A DNA stretch of 64,000 nt, taken from the NCBI GenBank assembly GCA_051362555.1, contig CM120643.1:13366644-13430643 (forward strand). The letters are read 5' to 3'. The translations under genes were made by a program, and so were the position numbers. Shown here in pieces: positions 1 through 24,240 of the stretch. The notes below the pieces were generated by a model, which was not told where the DNA came from, ran no database searches, and saw only the letters and a program-made list of their open reading frames with translations. The DNA comes from Lingula anatina. Its lineage: Eukaryota > Animalia > Brachiopoda. Every line of letters begins with the position of its first letter. Position 1 is the stretch's first letter.

Positions 1-114
1 AGGCTGGTTGCTAAAAGGAAAATGCCCAAGGTTGTTGTTTTGAAAAAAATTAAAAAGTGTACTGTTGTTAGTGAATGTTTAATGCATCTTAGGCATTAGG
101 ACAAAAGTAACTTA

Positions 115-1663
115 CCCCAGACACGCTGACCTCCTTTTTTCATTGACATTTTAAAATTTTTTCCAGCCTGACCATAATTCATATATTCAATGCAGCTTTC
201 TCCCATATCTATAATAGAAGAAAAAAAAAACTTGAGTAGTGTTAAGATATGCATGTAAAATTCATTATCAATTTTGAGAGAATTTCTGTTTCAACACTGC
301 AAGATGAAATATTTACTTTCAAGTAATGAATAAACCTTAATAGAGTTCTATTCTTTTGTAACCACCAAGGCAAAGCTTTCTTAAAATGAACTGAAACATC
401 CAAGCTTGCCACCTAACATGCCAAAGTAGTGAAGTATAATTAAAGTAGAGAAGCAAGTACCCCTTAATTATAGAGGTGTCTTACACAATAAGGTGTGTCT
501 TACACACCTTGACTCAAAGGGAGATGTGTAGTGAGATAACAGGTAAAGTAATTGGTGGAGCCTAGGTGAACTTAAGACTTTAAATTAAAAGCACCAGGTT
601 TCATGTGTGTTCTTTTTTCAAAGGTTTAATATGAATTAAAACATATATATGTAAAAAGAAGACTAAATAAGTTTAAAATAACTATGCCATGAAGTCAAAC
701 TTCCTGTTAGACCGCCATGATGGAAAATGCTGGGTGGAGGCAAAATTTTCCAGTCAAAAAAAAACTGAGCACTTTACTTTAACAACAAAGTTACCACTCC
801 AAAGCCACCCACCATGGTGAGAAGAAAAATGATGACCAACTGTCATGATAAGTCTTTTTAGATTTAAACATGAAAAAGGTAAAGGCCAAAATGGTACATT
901 TACCCATAACACTAGAGTAAAAAATTGGTATTCTGAACAAATCAGGTTATTTTTTCCAAGAAATATTGGAGCAGTATCCATGCAATATATACCACGCCAC
1001 GATCAAGATGTTCAAGAATCTAAACACACCAATTTTTTTTATAATCTTGCATTTGAAAAGTACAAAAAGCGGTAAGGCTTTTGGCCGTAACAAGCGTAAC
1101 ACTTTCTGATCGGAACTCATGAAAATTGTCAATTGTCGTATCCAAGCTAGACCACATGTAAAATCGCAAAAAAAAACGATACTGCTCAAGCGAGTGTGTT
1201 GCACACATAACAATTAGTTAAATTTTATGACTGTCATGTGACACAAGTTTCAAAAAGTAGGAGGAAAATGTCTTTTGGAGTAATTTTTTTTCGAAATATT
1301 AACAAGATGGCGGCTTAAGCATCTGCTTGTTATTCAGCTACTAAAAGTGCACCTAAGTTTTATTCTTTGCTATTGCCACAAATTACTTAACAATTGCAAC
1401 TGTATAAAGACCAAACTTTCTTCATCTGATACTATATTTATAGGCACTTGTTATGAGTGGGAAATATTTTTCGTGCAATATTTATTCTCCACACACCACC
1501 TCGCGAGATCAACGTGTAGCTGGACACTTACACAGTGAGACCCTACGACATAAAAGTTGCAATTTATCTTCATATTTCGTGTAGTTATGCATTTAAAAGC
1601 ACTTACCTGTTTTTTGAAAACCTTGTCCAACGTAATATCATATAAATTCTGTATTTTTCTCAT
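115..1663 (-). CDS. Possible 5' exons of an unidentified gene running off the left edge
   Basis: Minus-strand donors CAG|GTAAGT (~1607) and GG|GTAAGT (~115). An acceptor after a T-tract (~210) opens a 32-codon frame (MGESCIEYMNYGQAGKNFKMSMKKRRSACLG). CCAAT and GC boxes lie upstream at 1814-1850. The exon phases do not join directly and I recognise no homology. Confidence 0.3.
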
Positions 1664-1860
1664 TTTTTAGAAACTTGGGACTCCGTTTCTGTTTCTGTCC
1701 TCAAAAATCAACAGACGAAGGCACAGATACTAACAAACGAGATTTAAACGAGAGCAACAATTAAGCGTAACAGAGATAGGCATCCATTGTTATCTGGGTT
1801 CTATTCATTCCGACCAATGAGAGACCGTAATACGGGCTCCGCCCCCACGCGTGTAATCTC
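1300..1860. promoter_or_regulatory. CpG-containing promoter region, possibly bidirectional
   Basis: YY1-like AAGATGGCGGC (~1304), CCAAT (1814), SP/KLF-like CTCCGCCCCCACGC (~1838) and locally retained CpGs. Confidence 0.5.
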
Positions 1861-3034
1861 CTTCTGTTATAACTCCTTGATAATAGTGAATGTGTATTTT
1901 TTGCAATGGTGAATTGGTACTAATAGTTAGCCAATGGTTATTTGGCCTAAATTTTTAATTTAATTTTAATTTTGAAATCCGCCATTCGTCATGTAGATGC
2001 ATTTGTAAAAAATAAGGTTTACACCCTTGCGATATTTAAACAAAAATTTAATCTTAAAGAGTGTCTATCATTGGCCAACAACTCACCCATAATTTGGCCC
2101 TTTGCCTCACTTTTTTGCCCTACCCTATACTACACATAGTAAGCACTTGTACTTATCACAGTTTGTAATACAGGATGTTATGAGACCTTGATAGTGGGAA
2201 GTACATAAAATCAATGTAAGGCCAAAAACTGTATAACAGTACTCCCTCCACCACTATTCATTCCCAATAGTTCACTGTTATAGACACAGACCAGTTGTGA
2301 ATGTTGCTGTAATTATTTCAGTTGATGAGAAATTCTGTAGAGCCGAATGGGAAATACTGCCACTGGCAAGCGGCCCCTGGCAAGCATCAGTTTTGCTCTT
2401 CTCTTTCGTTTAGCACTTTAAGATCAATATTTCTGTGTCAAACATGGTAAAGATAATGTTTAAAATTTAGTCTGTGCTCTGTCATCAAATATACGTAGAG
2501 TAACTGTACATGAGTATTATAAACAAACAAATAAATGAATACACTGATAATTAAATATGTAAACGAAGAAATAATGTTATGTTTAATCAAGTATTGCCTT
2601 AAACAGCAGTTATTTGTGCGCACAGCATGAAGTTTATTTTAACTCAGAAACCTCAGCAGAGTATATTAGTAGGTGAGAAGTTTAATTATTATCAATAACT
2701 GCTGGTGCTTAACCTGATTCTATGAATATAAGGCCCTTATAAAGCCATTTTGGAAGATTTATCTTACATTATCATAAAACTGCTATTCTGTTGTTCTGTC
2801 TTAAGGTGTGGCTTGGGTGGAAAGGGTCAATTAATGATTGATTTATATTCTTTTGAAAGAAATGTCTAGGATGAAACTTCATCTGCATACATTGTCAGGC
2901 ATATATCTAGGTTCACTTGTCTAGCATGAAGACTCAATCTTTTGGGACCTTTTACAATGAATTTTGTTCACCAAGCTAATATCAAGGTAGAACTGTAGAA
3001 TTCTGTCATGGTATCCAGGAATTCTTTTTTTTTT

Positions 3035-3265
3035 AGGGGGCCTTTTCCAAGTGAAACTACCACTCTCTATAGATCTATCTGACTCCACAAGGACTCTTGC
3101 TATATCATATGGCGTAATATGCAATCAGACATACACGCCTTCTCTTGTTTCCAGTATGTTTGTATAATCACCAGCTTTTTGATATTCAACTCAATGCCAG
3201 GAAGATGTGTTTTGGTCTGTTATTCTGAATTGCATTCAGCAAGAGTCTAATAGAGTTTGTGTGCA
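3035..3265. mobile_element. Degenerate copy of foldback MITE family A
   Basis: Shares GAAACTA..GATC..ACTCCACA.GGACTCT..ATGCAATCAG and TTGCATTCAGCAAGAGT with the element at 8369-8657. Confidence 0.55.
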
Positions 3266-3571
3266 CGAGCTAGGTTGACAAAATTCATTGTAACCGGTCC
3301 CATTTATATGTGGTTTCCTCTTTGTAAATTCCTTTGTGCATGCCCTAGTTATAGCGAAGCTCATGATGTCACTCCCTATTCTACGGATACATTGATCACG
3401 TATTGTACCATGAAATAAGCATTCCACAACCAAGATCAGTATATTAAGCATCATTTTCCAGATCAGTGAGCCCTTCACTTGTTGTGAACATTTACATTGA
3501 TTTATCCTGCTTTGTACATCTTTCAGATATTGGTAGTGCACTGACCCTGATGAAGCTGTACACATGTCAGG

Positions 3572-14325
<10,754 letters not shown>

Positions 14326-15951
14326 AAAAGTATATCTATGTCATTGGCTTCCAACTGATTTTTCAGTATATAAGTATAGGCACAAGCAAAACAGTACCTC
14401 TTGAAAGCATCCTTCAGCTTGAATGCTAAAGGCACTCAAGGTGAGGTTTACTGTAAAATTTACTGAGAAAATTGTTTGTTAATTTTTCTAATGGTATCTG
14501 ACATTGGATATACAAGTACATTTGTTGTGCATACTTGCAAAAGTTGTCCTTGCGATACCAATCATTACGATGGTGAGAAAGTTTTGGGGCTGGATATTTG
14601 TGTGGCAGTCCTCATCTGCATCCATCTGTATACAAGCTGACCTCCTCCCAGCCTGGGGAGTTTTCACCACATGCTTAAAATGTTTACCTTTACTCCAGCA
14701 AATATCACTTCTGAATCAGTAAATGTTGATCATTTTTCACCACCTCCTTTCAAAATAGCTTAAAAATTAATGAATGTATTTTTCAGACCCAGGATAACCC
14801 CTCATCAACAGATTTTTGTTATAAATGTGTAATATGACAGAAAGCATTCCAAATCAAATGCATATATGTATCTCTATCATGTAGTATTATAGATTTAATT
14901 TAATCATATCAGAACAAATTATCATTTATAGTCACTGAATATTTCTAGGGTTTTCCTATTTTACACAGGGTATTGATACAAACAAGAATTGTGAAAACAA
15001 ACTATTTTATTAAAAGTTTGTTATATTATGTGAAAAAAATTAATTTATCTCTATTATTTGCCATATCTTATTCTTTGCTTAAATACACTTGTTTTACACT
15101 TGTTTTTATTTGATATGATCACACGTAGTAGCCCAATTAATGGATTGTATAGCTGTATTTTTCATATTGAATCTGTTAAAATTGTCAGTAATGGCAGATT
15201 TGCCCTGTACGATTTAAATGAAAAAGACGTCAATATTAATTTTTTTTTTTTTTTTTTTGGGGGGGGGGGGGGTTAGCTTCTTCATTCAGCAGAGCAGCCG
15301 AAATTAAGAGATATTGACACATGGAGACTTAGAATTCAAGTTAAGGTTTGGAGACACTACAAAGTAATCAGTTGATTTACACAACTGACTCAAAGATTTT
15401 TGATTAGTATTTAACATTTACATTTAAAAGATTTTAAGTGATTCTTGTTTTAGACAAAAAAAAAATGTGCAAAAAATCATGCGATATTTTCTGAATGCAG
15501 CAGTTGATTATGACTGTAATAATATATTTGTACTGTGGAAATGTAATTTCCTTCATTTGGGCACAAAAGTGCTTAAAGCACATTGCTGTGATTATAAAGG
15601 TGTTATTATCTCACTTCTCTCACTTGCATATTTTTGTTAAATAAAATGCATATAATTATCTTTTCATAAATCTATAAGTTATTTCAGATAAATAAACCCC
15701 TACAAGGCAGCACCCAGATGTAGATTTTAGAATTGCTTTTAAATTGTACTAGATTTAATTTATACATCCTATTTATTCTATTGTGGGGTTCTTTATAGAA
15801 TTATAGTACCCACACCAGTTCCTCTTTTATGAAAATGGGAACAATAGACATGTATTGCTGTCAATATATGATGTAGATAGTATTTAAGAAATTTGCTTCA
15901 GAATCACATACTGCTCTGATGTACAACTGCATCTGTAAATTGTCATAATGG

Positions 15952-18900
15952 TTTATTGTACCACCAGCGTTAGCGCTGGCGGTACACATGGTTTCGGTCT
16001 CGTCCGGATCGTTCCGCCGGCTCCGTTGGCTCCGCCGGACGGCTACCGTTACCGCTTCTCCTCCTAGACGGTAAGGGCCCCCGTACCCATCTCATGGATT
16101 TAGGTCACCTATAATCTCAACTCGTTCCACGTAAAATTTGGGCTTTGTCGGTATTGTGGTCTGGGTGTGGCACTCATTGCAATGCACCCTTGTCTAAAAA
16201 TGGCAAAATTAAATGCTAATTATCTACCCTACGGAAGGAGTTATGGGAAAAATTTCTATAGACGGCTTTCCAAAAGTCATATGTGTAGATTTCAAATATA
16301 CCCTTGGATTTGACCTTTGACCTCTACTTCAAGGTCAAATGGGCCAAAATTTTCAAAAAAATGAAATTTTTTACGAAAAAAATTTTTTTTGCCCTGTTAT
16401 TCAGACACCACACAGACTTAACCAATAATATTATTGGAAAGTGTTACCCTTCAGGTCATCTTTCATCTCCATGAATTTGGGGTCAATCGGTGCATTTTCA
16501 CGGGAGTAGCGGCCATAAGATACCGAAACTTAAAACTGTTTCTAATTCGGGAACCGTTAATGCTAGAGACCCGTTCTTTTTTGCATTTTGTAGAGCATGT
16601 AAAGCCCAACACTGGAGGTGGTCTCGGTTTTTTTGTATTCCATACGGTTTTCGAGTTACGCTCTATCAAAAAGTACATATTGGTGGTAAAAGCAAAATGT
16701 GCAGTACGGTAATGGATAATAAATTTTGAACTCTGGAAAAATAAAACATAAGGCTTGGCAAAGCAGACAACTTGTGTTCAAAAATGACATTATTTCATCA
16801 AATTTGAACTTCTGAAACTTCAGAGCACCTCCTATTTCAAGAATTTTGACCAAAATGACATTTTCTTTATTTTAATTAATTTTTTCTGTACGAAATTTAA
16901 GGCACATTATGGTAATTCCAAAATTATAACATCTAGTCCCTTATATCTCCAAAACTGGCAGAGATAGGTCCATAGTTACTATTGAAGTTGAATAGGAAGT
17001 CATATACTGGCAATCTAAATGTGACCTTAAAATTGACCTTTGACCTACTTTTCACCATGAACTGAACTTTGCAAATTTTTCTTCCCTTTTATCTCCAAAA
17101 CTGGCAGAGATAGGTCCATAGTTACTATTGAACTTGAAAAGGAAGTCATATACTGGCAAGCTAAATGTGACCTTAAAAATTGACCTTTGACCTACTTTAC
17201 ACCATGAACTGAATTTTGCAAATTTTGCTTTCCTTTTATCTCCAAAACTGGCTGAGATAGGTCCGTAGTTACTATTGAACTTGAATAGGAAGTCATATAC
17301 TGGCAATCTAAATGTGACCTTAAAATTGACCTTTGACCTACTTTTCACCATAAACTGAACTTTGCAAATTTTGCTTCCCTTTTATCTCCAAAACTGGCAG
17401 AGATAGGTCCATAGTTACTATTGAAGTTGAATAGGAAGTCATATACTGGCAATCTAAATGTGACCTTGAAATTGACCTTTGACCTACTTTTCACCATGAA
17501 CTGAACTTTGCAAACTTTTCTTCCCTTTTATCTCCAAAACTGGCAGAGATAGGTCCATAATTACTATTGAACTTGAAAAGGAAGTCATATACTGGCAATC
17601 TAAATGTGACCTTAAAATTGACCTTTGACCTACTTTACACCATGAACTGAATTTTGCAAATTTTGCTTTCCTTTTATCTCCAAAACTGGCTGAGATAGGT
17701 CCGTAGTTACTATTGAACTTGAATAGGAAGTCATATACTGGCAATCTAAATGTGACCTTAAAATTGACCTTTGACCTACTTTTCACCATAAACTGAACTT
17801 TGCAAATTTTGCTTCCCTTTTATCTCCAAAACTGGCAGAGATAGGTCCATAGTTACTATTGAAGTTGAATAGGAAGTCATATACTGGCAATCTAAATGTG
17901 ACCTTGAAATTGACCTTTGACCTACTTTTCACCATGAACTGAACTTTGCAAACTTTTCTTCCCTTTTATCTCCAAAACTGGCAGAGATAGGTCCATAATT
18001 ACTATTGAACTTGAAAAGGAAGTCATATACTGGCAATCTAAATGTGACCTTAAAATTGACCTTTGACCTACTTTACACCATGAACTGAATTTTGCAAATT
18101 TTGCTTTCCTTTTATCTCCAAAACTGGATGAGATAGGTCCATAGTTACTATTGAACTTGAATAGAAAGTCATATACTGGCAATCTAATTGTGACCTTGAA
18201 ATTGACCTTTGACCTACTTTTCACCATAAACTGAATTTTGCAAATTTTGCTTCCCTTTTATCTCCAAAACTGGCTGAGATAGGTCCACAGTTACTATTGA
18301 AGTTGAATAGGAAGTCCTATACTGGCAATCTAAGTGTGACCTTGAAAATGACCTTTGACCTACTTATTATCATGAACTGAACTCTGCTAATTTCTTTCTC
18401 TTTTAACTTCAAACTTGACAGAGATAGGTCCATAGTTACTATTGAAGTTGAATAGGAAGTCATATACTGGCATTATAAATGTGACATTAAAATTGACCTT
18501 TGTCCTACTTTTCACCATAAACTGAACTTTGCAAATTTTGCTTCCCTTTTATCTCCAAAACTGGCAGAGATAGGTCCATAGTTACTATTGAACTTGAATA
18601 GAAAGTCATATACTGGCAATCTAAATGTGACCTTGAAATTGACCTTTGACCTACTTTTCACCATGAACTGAATTTTGCAAATTTTGCTTCCCTTTTATCT
18701 CCAAAACTGGCTGAGATAGGTCCACAGTTACTATTGAAGTTGAATAGGAAGTCCTATACTGGCAATCTAAGTGTGACCTTGAAAATGACCTTTGACCTAC
18801 TTATTATCATGAACTGAACTCTGCTAATTTCTTTCTCTTTTAACTTCAAACTTGACAGAGATAGGTCCATAGTTACTATTGAAGTTGAATAGGAAGTCAT

Positions 18901-19586
18901 ATACTGGCATTATAAATGTGACATTAAAATTGACCTTTGTCCTACTTTTCACCATAAACTGAACTTTGCAAATTTTGCTTCCCTTTTATCTCCAAAACTG
19001 GCAGAGATAGGTCCATAGTTACTATTGAACTTGAATAGAAAGTCATATACTGGCAATCTAAATGTGACCTTGAAATTGACCTTTGACCTACTTTTCACCA
19101 TGAACTGAATTTTGCAAATTTTGCTTCCCTTTTATCTCCAAAACTGGCTGAGATAGGTCCACAGTTACTATTGAAGTTGAATAGGAAGTCCTATACTGGC
19201 AATCTAAGTGTGACCTTGAAAATGACCTTTGACCTACTTATTATCATGAACTGAACTCTGCTAATTTCTTTCTCTTTTAACTTCAAACTTGACAGAGATA
19301 GGTCCATAGTTACTCTTGAACTTGAATAGGAAGTCATATACTGGCAATTTACTGTGACCTTGAAATTGACCCTTGACCTACCTTACGAAGAACTTAAATT
19401 TGATTGTACCATATATATTTTTTGCAATAGTTTAAAAATTCTTGTTGATTGCATTTTTACAGCTTGTCAAGCACAAAACTGGTGGCTGTGTCCCTTATTT
19501 TGTGTATGTGGGGGTCTATACGAATGCGCTTGCTCCAGCTGGTGGTACAATATTTGGAGGCGGTATCGCCTCTCTGATCCTCTAGT
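15952..19586 (+). mobile_element. Non-autonomous Helentron-type element (HINE/DINE-1-like) carrying an internal satellite
   Basis: 5' subTIR TATTGTACCACCAGC (15954-15968) with an adjacent inverted copy forming a hairpin (15957-15986), then a degenerate (TCCG/GTCC)-like tract. Perfect 3' subTIR GCTGGTGGTACAATA (19538-19552), 3' stem-loop GAGGCG-GTAT-CGCCTC (19557-19572), terminus CTAGT, T-rich flanks, no TSD. Confidence 0.85.
16940..19385. repeat. Tandem satellite, ~146-bp monomer x ~16.7, with a 438-bp (3-mer) higher-order repeat
   Basis: Unit TATCTCCAAAACTGGCAGAGATAGGTCCATAGTTACTATTGAAGTTGAATAGGAAGTCATATACTGGCAATCTAAATGTGACCTT..TGACCTTTGACCTAC... Variant units recur every 438 bp (spurious ORF starts at 17351, 17789, 18227). 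Confidence 0.97.
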
Positions 19587-21131
19587 TTTCTCCGTCTTCT
19601 GCATGGCATTTTTTGTTTGCCAAAAGTTTACCATGTAAGTCATTTGTAATTGGTGTAAAATTGTTTTTATTTCAATATTGTTGAAGTATATTTATTATAT
19701 AGTAGAACTGAAAAACATAGAACAAAGCAATCTTATTCTTTAGTCTAGTTATTGTGTATGTTATGTTGTAAGTAGACACCAGTATTTTGGAGCAAACTGC
19801 TGTATATTCTTCACTTCTGATAAAGGAAGACGGTTTCTCTGAAAAAACTTATTGTTGTGATATTTGGTGCACATACGTTGCTTTATTCATGTGAATTAAG
19901 CATCCGACCATTATATTTCGTCTATTCCATCAATATTATTTTCAGACCATGAGTATAATTTATTAATTCTGTAACTTTCACATGAACATTCTCAGTTTTG
20001 TTATTCTGTTGCATGCATTTTTTTCAAGCTCCGAATACCCTGGTATTTGACCTAAACTAGCAAAAAGTAAAACAAAAGTAGTTTTTCATGTGGTATTTTG
20101 CACTTGAATGCCTGATACTGATTTACAAAATGTTTAACACTTAAGATGCTTAATTTCATGTAGTTATTATTATTAAAATAATAGGACCACCAGTTAAGAA
20201 GCAATTGATTCTCCTTGCCCAAACCAACATTTTGAAACTGGCAATACTGAATTTTTTTTACTTTGTGAGGGAGGAAATAGATTATGAGTGTTATTGTAGA
20301 CAAAAACATCTCTGAAGCAGTTATTGGTGCATTTATGAATTTGCACACCAGGGCACATGTGGCAAGAGGAAACAATTTGAAACTTTTTTTAATGGTGGCT
20401 CGGCTGTATTTTTAATCTTGGGGAGGGTGCAAATGCGAATTTCGTTAATTGACCACTATTTACTGTATTTTTACAACAATTAGCAACAAAGTACTCACAC
20501 GCAAAATTAAAGAAACCGTACAAGAATTATTATTCATCCACTCATGTTGTTATAATATAAATGTTGAATTTTTTACAGATGTTTAGAAATGCTATTTAGT
20601 CATCATGATAGAGCAAATTAAGTTGTATTTGATCAAAACTGTCACAAAATAAATATTTTTCAATAAGTGATTTCTTTTTTTGTTTTCGTTAGTTAATAAC
20701 CATGTAACCTGTGGCACAGGTTTTAACATATACGACACCTTGGCAACTTAGCCTGGAAGCTTAGGTTTTAAAAAGAGAAAAAAAAAGGTGACAGCTGTGA
20801 CATCATTTAATACCTTTATCTTATAAACTTTCTTATTACATTGAAGTTCATTTCATCAGGTTTAAATTCAGCAAACCTCAAATGTGGAGAAAGGCCAAAA
20901 GTGAACCTAACACACTCCTTACTGCTATATCACTGGTAAAATTATTTTGTCTGATGATGTCATCAAAACCCAAACCAGTCGAAGTTGGTTTGCTTAATTG
21001 TCTTGAAATATAATGATGTTAGTTTCTGTGAGTACTTCAATGAGTACATAAAAACATTCTACAAATTGCCAAGATAAATAATAATGCTGTTATAAAAATG
21101 TAAGATCTTTGTCCATTCAACAAATGAAATC

Positions 21132-24100
21132 TCATTCTTGCTGAAAAACTATCTGATTTCCCTCAGACTGTGGCACTAGTATTGTCCTGGTTACTCCCTC
21201 CGAGGACGGCACAAAAATTGTCTTGGTGTGTTCTCCACCATGTGTCTCAGTTGTACTCTGTAACAAGGCCTGGTACAAATCTGCCGCCTCATACGTTATC
21301 GCCGCACCCTGAGAGTCAGACCCAACATAGGTGATAGGGGCACCCTGGGAGTCAGCAGTGACCACAAACTGTTGAGTTTGCAGTGGTAAATGATCTCCAT
21401 CGGTGTTGATGATGAGATTCATGGGTTGAGATGAGGTGACCTCTTCCTGGGTGTCGATGACTTCTGTCACCGCCATGATGTCCTGACTTCTCTGGTGCTG
21501 TTTCTGCGAGTCGTGGTTTACGCCGTGCATGCGGCTTTCGTGACGCTGGAGGTGGTGTTTATGGCGGAAGACATAGCCACAAAAACGGCAGCGGAATTTG
21601 CCGTCGCTTGTGTGGGCACGGATGTGCGCTTTGCACATCACATCCGTGTTGAATCTCCAAGTGCATCCTGGGAATGTACATGCAAACGGTCGGTTTAGAT
21701 CGTGCACCCTCTTGTGTTTAGCCAATGTTGGTTTGTCCGTGTAAGCATACCCACATATATCACACAGCACACTGCCTTGACTGTGGAACTGTCTGTGGGC
21801 ATGGATTGCTGCATTCACTTTGGACGTAAAATCACACTGATTGCACTTGAATATTCTCTCCCTGTGGACACGTTTATGTGTATTGAGATAAGTGAGAGTA
21901 GTGAACCCCTTGCCACACTGATCACAGACAAAGGAGCGCTCAGTTCTATGAGTCTTCAAGTGATTCCTGAGATACCGCAAGCGCCCAAACACTTTCTCGC
22001 ACTGATCGCAAGGAAAGATACCCGGTAAGTCCTGCTTCTCTATGTTTCTATTTCGTCTCTTTGATTTCACTGTTTTGGTAAGAGAGTCGTAACTCTCATT
22101 AAACACTCTAAGACTGATAATCTTTTCCCTGTCTGTTCCGTCTAGAATGTCTCTGTCCACTTTCTGGTTGATCTCTAATGCCTCTCTGTGGTTGCCCATA
22201 AAATGCTTCACTAATGCACTCTTTGACACAGTTTTATACTGGCAGTGAAGACACTTCAGGAACATCTTAGAATATTCGTCAGTATATCCTTTCAATTTCT
22301 GATAAGACAGAATAAAGTTGAAGTCACAATCAGTATCAGTGTCCATATCCATATTGTCCTGATTTTCCACCTGGGAATCTTCTGCTGGTGCAGAATCATG
22401 TTCTGTTTCACAGGAATCTTGGACAACTATTTGAACATGTATTGTCTTGGAATTTTCCTCTCCCTCCTGCCCTCGTTCTGTGAGAATCTTGTCCTGGTCC
22501 GTGCTGCCACCTATGTTAGTGTTGTCTTGTACTGCACTGCCACCTGTTTCTGTGTTATCACTGTCTGTATTTGGAACCATATCAAATTCATGTCCAGCTG
22601 GTTTGAGTTCTGTCCTGTTGTTACCTTCATTCCTACAATGTCCAAAAATACTTTCAAAAGATAAAGATGACCCTGGTCTAATATTCACAAAAACATTAGA
22701 TAATGCAAACAAAATAAACACTACACATGTTGATGGGTGCCTAATAGTAATTGCTGCCTTATCCTGAACTGAGAATTTTCTCATTTAAATGGTTTATATT
22801 TTTAAAAAACCTCCATAATTCACAAGCTATAAATTGATAGCAAAAGCCCATATGCACCTTGGGTAAATATTACATTAAGGGCCAGCAGTAATTCAAACAC
22901 TATTATGCCACAAGTAAACTCCACTCACCTGGTGACCTCTTTGTTAACAGCCTTCTTGGTTCCCTCCCCTCTGTGGTAGAACCTGCTGATCTTGTGCTGT
23001 TTCTTGTAATGCTGAACCAGTGTGAAATGGCGTGTGAACTTCTGTGTACACAGTTCACAATGGTAACGGCTGCTAGAAGATAGATCTGGAAAAACAAAAC
23101 AAAAAAGTTTAAATGACCTTAAAGAGAATTTGTAAGATTTTTAAGATTTGTAAGGATTTGTAGATTTTGAAAGATTAGCATTTTTGACTGAAAATCATTA
23201 CGGTATATGATTATTTTTAATAATATGCTATATCCTAAACTTCATTATTACTAATATATATAAACCTGAGATCACACTTAGCCAGTTTAAAGGAAATATT
23301 AAAATGAGGCTTACATAAGGGGGCCGTAAGAGAAGTTGTCAATTTTTTTACAGTTTTAAGAACATGTAGATTTAAGTTTAATTATACCATGGAGGTACAT
23401 CTCTTGACTATGCACACTACACTTTGATAAATATGGATTACTAGTAACTGGGTGAATACATAAAAGGGAAAAAATGTCTTACTTGTACACAGTAAATATA
23501 ATGCATTTATGTAGATGTAAGTTACTCACATTCTTGATACAATTCAAATATATGTATATCTAGTGAAAACCATCAGCTTAAAACTTACAATCCGACTTAT
23601 GTTCCAGGAAAGTCAGGATGTCCCTGAAAACCTTGAGGCACCTGCCACACTTCAGTTCATCAGTGGCCACTGGAAAGTACAAAAAGATTAAAAACTTGAC
23701 ATAAAAGTTAAAATAAGACTTATTCAAACAAAAAAAAAAACATATTGATAAATCACTGTTTGAGCTGCTGTATGTTTTTAAAGAATCTTTTTAATAATAC
23801 TTGAAATGTAATAGCTTGAGAAGAAACTTAAGGCTATATTGTGAATTGAGTCGGAACTCTATAAACACCTGACTAAAAGATACTAGTAGTATCTCTGTTC
23901 TTTTCCATTCCTTCTGACTGCTTATGACTATATTTATCTCAAATTGAGTAACCTTTTGTTCTCTTGGCTGCATTTCATAAATTTTACTTTTTCCGCTAGA
24001 TTTTGTACCCTTGCCAAAACAGACAAATGACATAGCAATTTTAATGAAACTTCGTTTAACCTTTTCCCCTTAACTTCCAGTGCAATACGCAAAAACAATT

Positions 24101-24240
24101 ATAAACACTTAAAAAAGTGATTCTTAGGATATGTACCTACCTGAAATATCTGTAACATCCTCAACCAAATTGCCTGTCTCTTCTAAATTCTGATTGGTAT
24201 TTTCATCTGACTCAACTTCTTGCTCATCTGGGTGGTCCAT
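21132..24240 (-). CDS. C2H2 zinc-finger protein (~8 fingers plus an atypical N-terminal CxxC..H finger reminiscent of ZFP64/ZNF341/BCL11)
   Basis: Exons 24240-24141 (MDHPDEQE), ~23669-23588 (DELKCGRCLKVFRDILTFLEHK), ~23085-22929 (CELCTQKFTRHFTLVQHYKKQH) and 22632-21132 (seven C2H2 fingers). Phases join. A non-coding first exon has donors at ~24830-24837. Confidence 0.88.

Noticed and set aside
17052-18227. Three repeated ~100-aa ORFs (MVKSRSKVNFK...)
   Set aside because: They are chance open frames in the 146-bp satellite, whose unit length is not a multiple of 3.
16940-19385. CRISPR-like appearance of the array
   Set aside because: The monomers are contiguous with no unique spacers, there are no cas genes, and the context is eukaryotic.
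21495-22767. Plus-strand ORFs opposite the zinc-finger exon
   Set aside because: They are antisense shadows of a real coding exon with no independent support.
22633-22784. N-terminus of the 550-aa ORF (MRKFSVQ...)
   Set aside because: It is intron read-through. The acceptor at 22633 joins the upstream exons in phase.
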